Part shown: in pieces, positions 44,279 to 58,199 of the stretch
Position numbering within the stretch: the first letter of the stretch is position 1
Layout: each line of letters opens with the position of its first letter
Source of the DNA: Marsupella aquatica
Lineage: Eukaryota > Plantae > Marchantiophyta
Length of the DNA: 64,000 nucleotides
Direction of reading: 5' to 3'
Assembly: GCA_973895155.1 (NCBI GenBank)
Contig: OZ316893.1
Location: forward strand, 16,584,645-16,648,644
Translations under genes and position numbers: made by a program
The notes under the pieces: generated by a model
Databases searched by the model: none
Told to the model about the DNA's origin: nothing
The model's input: only the letters and a program-made list of their open reading frames with translations

Positions 44279-47200
44279 ATGGCTCCAAGGTTGCCTCTTC
44301 ACAACCCATTTAGGATTAGGCATCATGATTCTAAATTGTGGATGCGTGAACAAGCCCGGGCCGCCCAAGGTAGGAGTAGGAGGATGAGATGCCCATGCAC
44401 ACAGTGCCAAGGATTCAAGTCATTGAGTTTGAACACTGTGCACCTTCACCTGCTGCGGCATGAAAGGCACCCTCGGTGGAGGGTTTGGAATGTACCAGCA
44501 GAAGAAGACTCCTCTGATGAAGAGTGGAGAGCTGACTTTGTGGATTCTAATACAGCTAGGCGTAGAGACTATGTAGAGCAGGACATAGACTGTGCAGAGG
44601 ATGGTCCTGGGGTCCAACATGAGAACGTGGATGACCAAGATGGAGATGGAGAGGCAGTCACTGAGGACGGTGGGATGGATGTCCCAAGAATGGTTCAAGA
44701 GATTTTTGAAGACCTTGATGCTTTTTACGACACAGTGGAATCAGAAGAGGACAATGAACCACAGCCACACATTGGCGACGGACAAGCTGAACCTGACTTT
44801 GACATTGGGGAAGGTGCAGCAGAGAGGGAGTGGGTGTTTGGGGGCCCAAAACACATCAAAGAAGCTTGCATTCCTATCTACGAGGGGTCGAACTGCTCCA
44901 AGCTGGGTTTTGTCGTGTTGTTGTTGAACATCTGTGGCAATCACAATGTTCCCAATATATTTGTGACAGAGTTGTTGACCTTCCTGCGCCGAAATGTGTT
45001 ACCAGATGGTAATTCAATTCCAAAAAATATGTACGAGGCTAGGAAATTGATGTCTAACCTTGGGCTGAACTATGTGTCTATTGACGCATGCCCTGATGGG
45101 TGTGTTCTCTTTCGCAAAGAGCATGCAGATAAATTGACATGCCCTCATTGTGGTAAGCACAGGTACAAGAATGTAGGGAAATGTACACACCCTGCCAAGG
45201 TTCTTCGTCATTTTCCTCTCATTCCTAGACTACAACGTCTGTTTAGATGCCCTGCCATTTCCAAGCTGATGACATGGACTCCTGATAACAAGAGCAGTGA
45301 TGGCCTGCAGCGTCACATTGGAGATTCCAACCATTGGAAATTTGTTGATGAGAGGTGGCCACAGTTTGCTGCAGAGAAGCGGAACTTTAGATTTGGTCTA
45401 TCACTGGATGGAGTAAACCCATTTGGAGACAAAAACAACCGTTATTCATGTTGGCCGGTTACGCTGCTAAATTACAACCTTCCCCCATGGATGACTACAA
45501 AGAGGTTTTTTGTCATGATGGTGCTGTTAATCCCTGGACCAGCTTCTGTGACCGAGCAATTCATAGATATCATGTTGGCTCCAGCAGTGGAAGAGTGGAA
45601 GACTTTGTGGATAGAAGGGGTGTTAACCCATGATGTTCTGAAGGGGCTTCTTCGACCCAGCCCCTTTAGACTGCATGCAATTTGTTTGCTGGATATAGCA
45701 GATTACCCAGGCCATGGCATCATATCTGGACGAGTGACAAAGGGCTATGTGGGGTGCACACCATGTGGGAAAAATGTGACAAGTGAGTGGTCGCATGCCC
45801 TGCACAGTATGAAATTTCAGGGGCATAGAAGGTATCTGCCTGTTGATCATCCTTACAGGCACACACGGTCTCAAATTGCACACTTCAACAACAAAACAGA
45901 GCTTCGTGGCCCACCACAGAGGGTCACCAGAGAGCAAGTCCTGAGGTGGGCAGCCAGGAAGGCTGATTGGGACAAGAGAAGTGCCACTGATCGAGAACCT
46001 GAGGATCCAGTGGTGAAACACGGTGTGAAAAGACAGACCTTGATGGACTTGGAGTTGGAGTACTGGAGGGTAATGTACTTAGCCTCCAGCCCCTGTATGA
46101 TTGCAATTTTAGATTGGAGCAATGGTGGATTGATGTTGGTTACAATCCTCCTATGTGGTTAATTAGTGTTTCTGTTGTTGAATTCTTTGCTTTGTGGAGT
46201 GCAGGAATTCGAGCCCAGCAAACACAATGTGGACGTCATGCACATTGAGAAAAATATTTGTGAGAGCTTGCTGAAGTTCTTGTCGGGTGAGAAAGATACA
46301 GGAGCAGTTCGAGCTGATATGCAACAGAAGGGGATTCGCCCTCACCTTTGGTTGAAGCCCCATGCAAGCAATCCCAATGTACTTCTCAAGTTCCAAGCTC
46401 CCTATGTGTGCACACAGGATGAATGGAAGACATTCTTGTATAGATTGAGCTGTCTGAAAGTGCCCTCTGGCTATGCTGGTGCCTTCAAGAAGCATATTAC
46501 AAAGAATAAACTTGGCAGTATGAAAACACATGACTACCATGTGTTGATGCAGCACATTCTGCCCCTATGCCTCAGAGGTCTCATGCAGAAACCAGTCCGT
46601 AATGTCATTCTTCGACTGTGCAATGTATTTCGCCGTATATGTGTGAAAGTGTGGGATCCCCAAGGATTGGAGCAGTTGAAGCAGGATGCTGCTTATGTCC
46701 TCTGTGACTTGGAGATATACTTCCCCCCTGCTTTCTTTGATGTTATGACTCATCTCCTAATCCATGTGGTAGAAGAGCTAGGGCAGTATGGGCCAGTCAG
46801 TACCAGATGGATGTACCCTATGGAGCGATACATGAAGTTGTTGAAAGGTCATGTGAGAACATACTACAGGCCAGAGGCTTCCATGGCATTGGGGTACATT
46901 AAGGATGAGACGTTGGGATTCCTAACAGAGTACATGGCTGGGTCTGGTGAAGCTATGACAAGAGTTTGGAAATCTGGTGAAGATGATGGAGTGAGTGGCG
47001 AGGTTGTTGAAGGTGTGGGACGTGCTGTTCAGCTGCCTGTTGCGATTCGAGACAAGGCTCATTCATATGTGCTGGCAAACACAGAGCCTATGCAACCATG
47101 GTGGAGGTGAGTGATTGAATTGACTTGCCTTTGTTGTGATGCTTCTTGTCTGTTCCAAGGGTGATCTTAGGTTGTCATGTGTTGTTTAGACTAACTATGC

Positions 47201-47978
47201 CTGTACCTCATATTGCAGGGAATATGATATGCAAAAAGCTGCACACTCTGGGCAGCAGGATCCCTTCCCACAGTTCGAGCAGTGGATTCGGGTGACAATT
47301 CGAGAGCATAGTAGACATCACCCAGATATGGAGAAGGATTTGTATCTTCTATCTGTGCCACCACGATTGTCTATTCTGACCTACAAACGGATGAGAGCTT
47401 ATGGAAATCATTATCGAGTGAGGGATGAGCAGGGTGACCATTGTGTATCATATGATTGTGGTTTGATTTCTGTGTTTGAGCAGAGAACCTCTGAAGAACA
47501 GAGGGGGTGGATGAAGATGGGTTACGTGGGGGAGTTGACCGACATTTGGGTGTTGAATTATGGTAACACAAGTGTCCCAGTGATATTGATGAAGGGATCA
47601 TGGGTGAAATCAGAGTGGCAGAGACCAAGGGCCACCATGAAGCGTGATCATGATGGGTTCTTGTTGGCCAATTTTAGGTCCAGAGTACCAGAATGGTCTG
47701 AGCCTTTTGTTTTCCCTAGCCAAGTTGAACAGGCTTTCTTTGCAGATGTGGAGGAGTCACATGGCTGGAGGGTGGTATGCCATAGCCAAGCACGGAACAG
47801 GCGGATGGATGGAAGTAAAGTAGAGTTCAGTTTGGATGACCATGCTGCATTCGAGCATCCTAGTCATGAGACTGTACTTCCAACTCGGGCAGGGACTGAC
47901 TACATCCCCTTAACATTGAGAGAGACATATGATGAACCTGGGCAAATGGAATATGATGAGGTTGATGATTTGCAATAG
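44279..47978 (+). CDS. tnpD: CACTA transposase TnpD/Tnp2, 3 exons (44279-46069, 46205-47106, 47219-47978), ~1150 aa, open
   Basis: RCPCTQC associated domain, IDACPDGC, LSLDGVNPF, NYNLPPW, DVMHIEKN, KTHDYH, WMYPMERYM, EPFVFPSQVEQAFF. Both GT-AG introns join the exons in frame. Confidence 0.93.
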
Positions 47979-48150
47979 GCAACAGCTGGCGATTGGCAAG
48001 TATGAGGTTGAGGATGACTACCTGCACAGAGTCACAGAACGGGAATTGTTGCCTGGAATGATGTTTAGGATAGTTGGATATGCATGAAATTGATTGATAC
48101 TTTGAATTTAGTGTGCTGATTTTCCCTGTTTGGTTGTGGGTGCTGTGCAG

Positions 48151-51100
48151 AAGCTATGGGGGAAGAGGGTGATGACATGGAGACAGACATGGGGCTTGGA
48201 GAGTGGGGTGAAGAGGAAAGATTGGATATGGATGGAGACCCAGATGCAGGGGGCTCACAGAAAAATGCACCTGTGCAAGATGCACAGGGCCCTCATCAAG
48301 TCCCAGGTAGGTGGGCAGCTAGAGAGAAATCACATAATCCATACCCTAGAAGGAGCCAGAGTTATTGGCAAGGGACGCCTGATAATTATGATGATGACTA
48401 TGATGGAGCAGAAGATGGATGGGATGAATATGAACACCCAGAGCGTGGTAGAGACGGGTACAGAGGGCAATGGAAAGGTGAGGAGGATGATTGGACAAGT
48501 AAGTGCCTTGTGCTAGTGATTTTGTGATGGTAGTAGAGATTTAGCTCAATATGCACTTATCTGATGTGTAGCTAGGGCAAAGAGTTTATCTTACAGGTCC
48601 ATGAGTGTGGCATGTACCTGTTGGTATGCAGACTCTGATTGGGACAATCACGAAAACAACAAAGGCCATCCACGTTCAGATAGGAGGCAATCATTCACAG
48701 GCGGGAGAAACGCCCCTAATTCATCAAGACAAAGCAATAGGACAGGTGGTCCAGAACCATCTATGCGCCAAGGGAGAGGTAACTTGGTCATTGCAGAATT
48801 GCTCTGAAGTCCATTGTATATTTGGCAGCGGGATTTATGATTCATACTTACCTAATGTAAGTGACTGTAAATGGATCCTGTAAATGTGCAGGGACTCCAG
48901 GGAGGTTTGGACAATGCAATCCAGGCCGTGGGGGGAGATCAGGCCGTGGAGGGACCCCAGGCCGTGGGGGGACACCAGGCCGTGGAGGGACACCTAGTAG
49001 CGCTTCAGGGAGTACCAAGGCAGGAGACAGTAACAAATTTGGTAAAGTAGAAGTGAATTTCGAAGGTTGGATAACTCCCACATGTGATGGTAAGAACCGT
49101 TGGCATTCTGACCTAAGAGGAGAAGTATTGCGTTGGTTAGATTTGAGCATTACAGAGTTTAGGAGTCAGAACAAAGCTGATTGGGCTGCTATCTGCAAGG
49201 ACATTCTTGAACGGTGGGAGTATGTTGGTAATGATGGTAAGGGCCCAGTTGAAGATTGCATATCAGATTATGCAATGAGGATTTTGAAACAAGAGAGGCA
49301 TAGGTTGAAAAGGATGTGGATAGACAATGGTTCTAACAGGAGAATGCCACCACCCCCATCATTGGAACTGGATCAATGGACACGGTTAATCAAAGGGTTC
49401 ATGTCGGAGGCTGGACAGAGCAAGAGTGAACTGATGTCAAATGCTCGAGGCAAAGTGAAACACCTTTCACAGGCTGGGAGAGGAAGTTATGCTCCAGTGA
49501 AAGAACAATTGGTAAGGCAGTGACATGCCTGATAGTAAGCCTCAAACTTATCATCTTGCTACCATTATTACATTTTCATTGACAATCAACACTTGGTTTC
49601 ATTCATATGTATGTTGATGTGGACTGCAGAAGAAATTGACAGGTGAAGAACCATCAGCACAAGAAGTGAGAGAGGAGTTCATGAAACAAAGGAGTGAGGT
49701 GACAAGTGTAACTTCCAAACAGGTGATTATGTTGTAATTCTGTATGTTCTGTGACTATTTGGCCTTGAGCATCAGAAAGAAATGTAGTAGGAAGTAAGCA
49801 ACCAGTTCTTGGGGACAGTTATCTGAGATATGTAAGCTGTGTTATGACAGGGAACTGTTACAACTCTCACAGAGATGTGTGAACGGTTGAAGTCATTAGA
49901 GTGTGGACTCCCTCAAGTGGAAAGTAAATTGGCTGATCGTTTGGATATTGTGGAGGCATCTGTAGCGAACCTTCTTGCATCAGTGGAATCTAATTTCAAG
50001 CTTGTGATTGAAAAATTGGGTGGTTCCCAACCAAACAATGAGGGCAACATTGTACAAAGTGTGCCCTTGTTAACAAAAAAGGGAATTGGCAAATCTGACA
50101 CAGGTATGGAAATGACACCGGCCCATTGTTCATTGTGTCCTATGTTCAAATGTTAGAAGTAAGTTTTCATGAATTGAGTGAATGGTTTGAATGCAGGAAG
50201 AGTGGAGGCAGAGAAGGACCCTGTAATCAGTAAGCAGAAGGGCAAGAAGGTTGCTGAGACAGGTAACCTGCTATGATCTAGTACATTACATTTGAAAAGT
50301 GCATGGAGTTTTGTGAAGCTTAAGCCGGTTGGAGGTAATCTTTTCTGTAAGAACTGGTTGGATGAACTGGGATCTGAAGTGACATCATGATTGATGTATC
50401 AGGTGATTCAAAGAGCAATAATGAAGAAGATGTGCCCAGTGCCTCAGTGACCATAGCCAAGGAGGTATCAGGTAAGCTGATGCTTTAAATTCCTCTATAT
50501 GAATGTTGAGCAACAATTCAGTGGTTAATAGATTCAACGTGAATATTGTGGTGTGTTTATTGATCAACAGAAGCAGACATGGAGCATATGGCAATGGCAA
50601 AGAAGGGGAAGAAGGCTGTTCATAATGGTAAGGAGATAGTGACAACTTTGTGGTTGGTGACATGTACATTTAGCACATGTGATGAGTGATTCACTTATGT
50701 TGGACATGACACTGAATTGTAGTTGATGCAGAGTTGACAGACTCTCAACCAAGTGGGACAAGGGTGAAGCGACGTCGAAACTTGGGTGCAACATTGGATG
50801 CAAGTAAGATTGTAGATGCTTCAATTGAAGCAAGTACAATGTTGGCAGATACTGAGATGATGTCGCAGGGAAATCCTGCTACACAATCAGAAGTGTCAAA
50901 TATGGATGCAGATTCTTTGAAGAAGAGTGTAGCCAATTCTCGATCACCAGCACAAAACACTCGTGCCAAAGTCATGACTCGCAACCAAGGTATGAATAAT
51001 GTCATGTATAAGCCACCCAGGAAAGCCAAGAAAAACAGCCAGGGTAAGGTGGAGGTGATAGCCACAGCAGAGCCAGTCCATAATCTTCTATCATGGGAGG

Positions 51101-51327
51101 ATGACTCGCAGGTATGTGTGGGTACAGGCATTTTGCGACCGGATCATGCAAAATTCCATGGCAAAGTGGTCCCGGATGACCATGTAGTAGTGCTGTTGAC
51201 TACAGTGATTGTATCTGATTGTAATTTGCCATTTCCGAATAGAGACGATGATCCACCTCAGGAAATAATTGCAGATGCAGTAGGATCTCTTGTGCTCTGG
51301 CCATCAGAGTGTGTTAGTCTGCAGTGA
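48151..51327 (+). CDS. tnpA: Multi-exon CACTA TnpA-like gene (exon structure partly inferred)
   Basis: Exon 48892-49511 has the Ptta/En-Spm motif PPP..DQWTRLI..KSELMSNAR..GRGSYA; last exon has FHGKVVPDDHVVV..LPFP..AVGSLVLWP; several short GT-AG-bounded exons between them. Confidence 0.8.
48921..48993 (+). repeat. 18-bp tandem repeat encoding GRGG(T/R)(P/S) x4
   Basis: caggccgtgg(g/a)ggga.. repeated four times within the TnpA exon. Confidence 0.85.
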
Positions 51328-52157
51328 CTGAATGCAAGTGTAGATAGAATCATGTGAATTGTGTCACATTTTGACATTGCCTTGGAAAGATCCAAGAAAT
51401 ATCTGTACCAATTTTTCCATTTGGTAAAGAGGATGAAGGAGCCGTTGTGTGTGACATTGATATTTCTGAATTCTGTATGTATGAAACAATTGATTGATGT
51501 CAAACTATGGCTCTATGGTGATTGTCTATGATACTTGAATCTGTTTTGTATCATTTCAGTATTAGTGTGTATGGTATAGAGGAATACTTTGTGACCTTCT
51601 TTGTAGTCTATGAAGTTTGAATCTGTGAATTCATATTAGTGTACATGGTATAGAAGATGGCTTTCTGAAACTATGTATTCTAATGTTAACATGATGAATG
51701 GTGAACTTATAGAGTGAGTTCATTCAAGTACACAATAAAACATGAATGCAATATGTTATTTGTGCACAAGAGTGGGTTCATTCCAAGTAGTATAGTGGGG
51801 TCTTCATCACTCATATCCAGTTGACATGAAAGACTTATACATACCCCACAAAGTATATTTAAAGACTACCCTCCATAACCTTTTTAGTCGTTCCCAACGA
51901 TTCACCATCTCAGCCCATAAAAGACTGAAAATGACTCACCAAAGCTACCCACACAAAGACTAAAATAGACTGAAAATCCAGTCTATTAAACGACTTATAA
52001 ACCAGTTCTATAAAGGACTCAGTTGATTATAGTAACAAAACATACGACTCGCAGTCCTATAAAGGACTGGAGTCCTTCCCAGTCGTTTCCAAGTCATATA
52101 CGGTACTGAATAGTCGTTTAATGGGGTCTAAATACCCCCCAGTTTCTACTAGTGTAG

Positions 52158-55100
52158 TCGAGCAAACGGGAGCACACGCGGATGACAAATATTACCGCGT
52201 TTCTACCCAATCATCCCGCAAGAAGGACAAGTACAAAGATGGACGGGCTCGGAAGGATGACAAGCAAAGACGTGGTTGCAGATAAGCGTAGCCCGATAGA
52301 ACCGGATAAGCAGGAAGACTACCAACAGGATCACCCAAAGTTGTTTTACCCGCGAGTAGAGGAGCTGGTCAAAAAGCAATTGGAAGCCTACGAGGCCCAA
52401 GAGCATGAAAAAGCCATTAAAAAGGATATTGCCGATGCTAAGGTGGCAGAAAAAGCCGAGGAAGCTAAGATTGCCTTGGAAGCTCAAGTCAAGGAAACAG
52501 AAGCGTTAAAATCTGCAACCCCATCGACAAACCAGTACAACATCAAGAAGGACGTTCAAAATTGTGCAGCCACCGCCACCGTCGGACAATTGTAACAGGT
52601 AACCCAAAGTATCGGCAATAACTCAAGGAGATGCTGATAGGAAAGAGACGGAGATGACTCCCTCGGGTAAGCACCTTAGCCGATTGTATGATGATTTACG
52701 AAGACTTAGGGGCGCCTGAGATTTCTATTGAGATAGCGGGCTGTACTGTTTGGTTTGTACCGGTAGAAGGCGGGTCCGGAGTAAATATCATGACAGAAGA
52801 CACTTCCGTGAGGTTGGGATATACGTCATATCAACCTACGGCCCGCGCCATTCGGTTAGCAAACGGCGCCCAAATCATGCGGTTGGGAACTTTGACCAAG
52901 ATATCCACGTGGATTGGAAGCCTTGAGAGTTTTTTCTAAATTACCCGGTGATGCGACCAGTCCAACCCTTGTCTTACCCGGTACTGTTGGGCAGACCCTT
53001 GTTATACGGTGCCCAAGTCGTTACCAAATGGGGAAAGAAGGAGTTACAATTCGGTAACCTGACTACGACGGGATCATGGAAGGAGGAGGACTATCAGGGC
53101 GAAACACCCCAGGGACCCAAAGAATATGACTCGGAGGAGGAAATCTCATAAGAAGAGGTAAATATGGTGGAGTTAATCTCTCGGCTTGACGAAGAGGAAG
53201 TCTTTGGGGTAAGTGCCACCTGAGAGGCCCATATTCTGAACCACCCTAGACCAGCAGCCCCGACCGAGGCACCAAGGACGCCAGTAAGTGATAAGCAAGC
53301 AACGGGTAAAGAATCCCCCGTAATAGTGAGCCCTACGGAGGTCATTGGCCAATGCACCTTGCCAGGTATACTCAAGGAGAGCGCTACCATGGCTACCACT
53401 CCACTCAAAAGAAAGAAAGTTACATGGAGCCCCGACGTGCCGTCCGTAATGGAGGAAGAACCAAAGGAGCTCCCCAAAGAGCAGCCGACGGTCTAGGAAC
53501 CCGTGGTCTATGATGGCACCAGACTCAAGGAATTGGAAGACCATCTCGACCGGGCCACAAGAGACCATGTGGATGTAATCCGCAAGGAGCACTATCGCAC
53601 GTACACCACAAGGAGGGAGAGGACATTCAACGTGGGTTATGGCCTACGGGCCCCGGAGGAAAAGGCTATCCAAGAACTCCTATTAGAGTATGAGGACGTC
53701 TTTGCATGGAGTCACCGAGACCTAACCGGAATTTCACCGGCCCACAGCCAACAAGTCATTGATCTAAACTTGGGCGCTCATGTCGTCCGAGAGAGACAAC
53801 AAAGACTAAATGCAAGACATTCCATCTTGGTAAAGGAGGAGTTAGATCAATTGATCGTGGTGGACATCATCTACCCCGTCTTATCTAGCGAATGGGTGTC
53901 CCCCATTGTGGTGGTTCCTAAGAAAGTAGGGCCCAATGGTAAACCCAAGATTCAAATATGCTAGGACTACCGGAAGCTCAACGACGCCACTCGAAAAGAC
54001 CATTACCCGCTTCCATACACGGATATGGTTCTTGACATGGTAGCCCAAAATGAGGTATACACCTTCCTGGATGGATATTCGGGTTATAACCAGATTTGGA
54101 TCAGACTATCGGACCAGCTCAAAACCACGTTCATAACGGAGTGGGGAACCTACGCGTTCAGATGGATGCCCTTTGGCTTATGCAATGCCCCGGCTATGTT
54201 CCAACGAATCATTATGAATATTTTTCATGATTTCCTACAAGAATTTTTGGAGGTGTTCATAGATGATTTTGTCATCTTTGGAACAATCGCTCAACACCCA
54301 GAACACTTGAGGCGGACATTTGAGCGATGCCGAGAAGTAGGTTTGAAGTTACACCCGGGTAAATGCTTCTTTGGGGTAACGGAAGGAGTGCTGCTGGGAC
54401 ACCGAGTATCCAAACAAGGGATCAAGGTGGACCAAGAGAAGGTGGCCGCATGGATGAATGTCCCTTACCCAACGGACCAGAAGGCGGTGCGATCCTTCTT
54501 AGGCTGCGTAGGGTACTACCGACAATTCATTCAGGATTTTGCCAAAATAGCCCTACCCCTCACAGAAATGATGAAGCAGGACGCAGTCATAGAAATGACT
54601 CCCCGCCGAGTAGCAACCTTTGACAAACTAAAAAAATGGCTAACTATGGCTCCGATCTTGACTACCCCCGATTGGAACAAGGAGTTCCATGTGTATGTCG
54701 ACGTATCTCGGTTTTGCATTGGGGCTGTCTTAAGCCAACTGGATGAAGAGAGACGGGACCACCCCATCTATTATGCGAGCCGCCAGCTGTTTTCAGCAGA
54801 GAAGAACTATTTGCCCACCAATCGGGAGGCCTTGGGGATCATCTACTCATGTAAAAAGTTTTGCCATTATCTATTGGGATATAAAAGGTAGTTTTCCATA
54901 CTGACCATGACAGCCTGAAGTACATGGTAAACAAAGCAGACTTGACGGGGAGAATAGCCCGTTGGGTCCTACTGCTCCAAGAATTTGACTACCAAGTCCG
55001 AGTACGACCTGGGAAGGCACACGTGAATGCAAACTTCTTCTCAAGGATTGAGGGGGAATCGGACAATGCACCTGTGGATGATGCATTTCCCGATGAAGAG

Positions 55101-56700
55101 TTATTCCGCGTGGAAACGGACCAACTGACGTGGTACGGGGACCTGATCACCTTTCTCTTAACTACCCGCATTCCAAGTAACATTAACCAGGAGGCCGCGT
55201 CAGTCTTCCTGCGTAAGGTGGCACCTTACATGATGATACACGGACATTTGCATAAGGAGGGCGTCGACGGGAAGATCCGCAGATGCCTGGAGTATAACAA
55301 AACGATAATTGTCATGCGAGCTATGCATGAGGAGGAAGCAAGGGGACACTTTGCCCTAATAACCATGGCTCACAAGATCTTGGACCCAGGTTACTGGTGG
55401 CCTACGCTTCATCACGACGTAGCCCATTTCATCCGAGGTTGCAACTTGTGTCAACGCGCGGGCAAACCCCGCAGATTGGGTAATCACCCTCTTACCCCAA
55501 TCTTTCCTCTTGCCCCGTTTGAGAAATGAGGCATTGATTATATCAGACCATTCACCCCTATAACCCGAGGTTGGCGTTGCTGGTACATTTTTCTCGCTAT
55601 CAACTATTCAACTAAGTGGGTGGAGGCCCAAGCCACGGTCAAAGATGACGCGGTCACCACTGCCAAGTTCCTGTACGAATAGATCTTCACCCGTTTTGGA
55701 CCCCCCTTGGAGTTAGTCAGCGACCGTGGGACTCATTTTCTGAACAAAACGGTAAAAAAACTGACTAACCGTTACCTCGTCAAACCGTTACCTCGTCAAA
55801 CACAGAAACACTACCCCTTATCACCCCAAATGTAACGGACTAGCAGAGCGGGCTAATGGCATTGTGAGAAAAATCCTCAACAAAACTATAGCCGCCCACA
55901 AAATGGATTGGGACGACAAGCTTTTCAAGGCGGTCTATTCGTACAACTTGGCGTTTAAGACTACTACGAACCATAGTCCATATTTTTTGGTTTTTGGAAA
56001 ACATGCGCTCATTCCCGTCGAGTTCAAGATCGAGACTCCACGGGTAAGCATCCGCCATAGGTTATCAGAGGATGCTAGTTTGTCCGATTGAGCATATAAG
56101 ATCAACAGTCTAGAAGAAAAGAGACTGTGGGCATCGCGATGCGTGGCAGCAAAGCAGGAAACAACAAAGAAACAACATGACAAAGGACTACGGTAGGTGG
56201 ACGTCGCTATGGGAGATCTGATCCTTCTATACAATAGCAGATACATGTACTTTCCAGGAAAGTTGCACACACGCTGGCTAGGACAATTTCCGATGTACCC
56301 AAACGGATCCCTGTAGCTATCAATGTACGTCGGCGACCCTCGGGGGGTTGACTATCAATAATCTTAGGAACCACGTGCGATCCAAAATAGGTATTTTTGG
56401 CAGATTTTAACTAAATTTTTAAAAAGCGTAGGAGGCAAAAGAAGGTATTATAAACTCTTGTTTATAGAATATTCTTAAATATATACCCTTTAAAAAGTAA
56501 AATAGGTTATTAATATTAAAAATAGAGAATATTCTTGGAATATTTTCTTTATAAAATAGGTCTATTTATATTAGGCTAGGATCGCACGTGGTACCCCAAA
56601 ATATACACTTAGTTAACCCCCCGAGCGACGACCTCTTTCCCAATCGAGTTAGTTACGATTGTGTGAAGAAGTACTTTCACTAGGAGGACGAGCATAATGA
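52158..56700 (+). pseudogene. pol: Remainder of gag and pol (PR-RT-RH-IN) of element B, many stops/frameshifts
   Basis: VEGGSGVN, WVSPIVVVPKK, FLDGYSGYNQI, FIDD, YWWPTL, SDRGTHF; 16-bp tandem duplication at 55767-55798. Confidence 0.93.
56339..56625. mobile_element. MITE (287 bp), TIR CTCGGGGGGTT(G/A)ACTA, 8-bp TSD
   Basis: TSD cggcgacc / cgacgacc; internal inverted ccacgtgcgatcc / ggatcgcacgtgg; AT-rich core. Confidence 0.85.
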
Positions 56701-56737
56701 TGTTTGCAAGGACGCTTCACACTTGAGTGGGGAGCTA

Positions 56738-58199
56738 TGTGACACGGGTAACATGTCACTTAACCGAGCGTAGGTCCTAGATTAGGACTTATACGGTCAT
56801 TAGGACCATAGCCGTACCATAGAGTAGTAGGAATAGCCGTCTTGCCATTATGAGTAGATTAGAAGTAGGTTAGTTGACTGAATGATTATGAATTAAGGGA
56901 AGGAAATTATTACGATCAGCCAAGGTATGGTGGCGGCGGCGGAGTAAAATTTTGTTAGGAGATCACGCTTGGACCAAGACACCCAACTTTGGGCCATTAT
57001 CAACGACCAAAATGGCCTCGCCTTCTCACGCTCGGGCTCACTCTGGCACCTCCATATGAGCTAAGTCGATGGCGCCGCGGCCCATTTGCTCATTCATACC
57101 TTTTGGAATTTGCGGACGCTGCCATTCACTCTCACCTTTTGCTCAAATCGAGCTAACTTTTACGAGGAAATTATTGAAGGGTAAGAGCGGATTGTGGCGG
57201 GATTTAGTCAGGGCAAGTAAGGCCTCCACCAACAAGCAAAATTGCCGGGCGGGAACGCGGACTCGACAAACCAAACTAAATCAAGGGGACAAATCCTGGT
57301 CCGACCACAGCACGCACATAAGGGGTGGTTAGCGGAGGGTGTGAGCAGGCGCCACGAGAGGCAATTGAGTTTGCAGCATCTTTTTGATTAAGCTTAACGA
57401 CAAAATAGTTGTCATTAGGCGCCAATTAGTGGCGCAGTAGGAAGAATTAGGACAGGATCAGTTAGGATCAGCCAACGTAGGATAGAGTCCATCAATGGAC
57501 TAGAATTTTGGTCAGTATACTTAGCTACTGCCACCCCGGTCAGCGCCCCTTGCCACTGACGGTCAACCGGTCAGAAGAAGTGCGGCCGGTTAGTCAGAAG
57601 GTAGTTAGTCAGTAGGCATTACCCCTGGAGGTAGTATCTTCCGGCTCCTTTTTGCAAACGTAGTATTTAGGCTTCCCCTTTTGCTATGGGAGGGGGAGAA
57701 GACTTAGTTCACCTTAGCGCTAGAAAAGGCGAGGCACGGGGAGTCCCGGCCTGAGCAAGGTCAGAGTGCACTAAGGAGTGAGAGCCAGAGTTGAGCTTGT
57801 TGGGCAAGCGCGGGGCAGGGCCTCGTAGAGACTGGGCATCGACTGCCGTTAGGCCTGCTGACCCCTTAGAAGTTGAGTCAACTATGTAAACCGATTCTTC
57901 GCTGAGTAAAATGTAGTTTTTCCCCTTTGATTCTATCGCGAGTAACTGGTGTTGTGTGCATGCTTTGTCTGGGCAAAGGCGCCATTTGAAGGGACGTACC
58001 GGGTGCGAACTAATGGTAGGGATTGTCTCGGGTTGCATGTTGCAAGGTTCTAAGTTGCGTCGATGGCTTGAAAGCCCCAAGCCGGGAGTTAGTCCGAATC
58101 ACTAACTGTGGGAATATTCCAGCGGTGGAAAACAAATATACCTATGACCCGTACGAGTTACGTGAGTATTATACCGGCAAGTATATCGACTTAGCCCGG
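56738..58199 (+). repeat. 3' LTR of element B with ~2.3-kb internal deletion; interrupted at 58199 by element C
   Basis: Matches 30117-30660, then jumps (junction ~57280) to 32943-33862. Confidence 0.9.

Larger units (their letters stand above)
35786..52154 (+). mobile_element. Complete CACTA (En/Spm) DNA transposon, 16369 bp, with cargo genes
   Basis: TIRs CACTAGTAGAAAC(c/t)GGGG..ATTTAGACC at both ends; 3-bp TSD TAG (35783-35785, 52155-52157); AAAGACT subterminal repeats. Excision restores the gag frame IEV-VEQ..YYRVST (element A has CYRVST). Confidence 0.97.
30117..58199 (+). mobile_element. Element B: older gypsy element related to A, interrupted by the CACTA, a MITE and elements C/D; 3' end outside window
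   Basis: LTRs start TGTGAC at 30117 and 56738; PBS 33995-34012; PPT GAGTGGGGAGCTA at 56725-56737; decayed gag-pol collinear with A. Confidence 0.92.
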
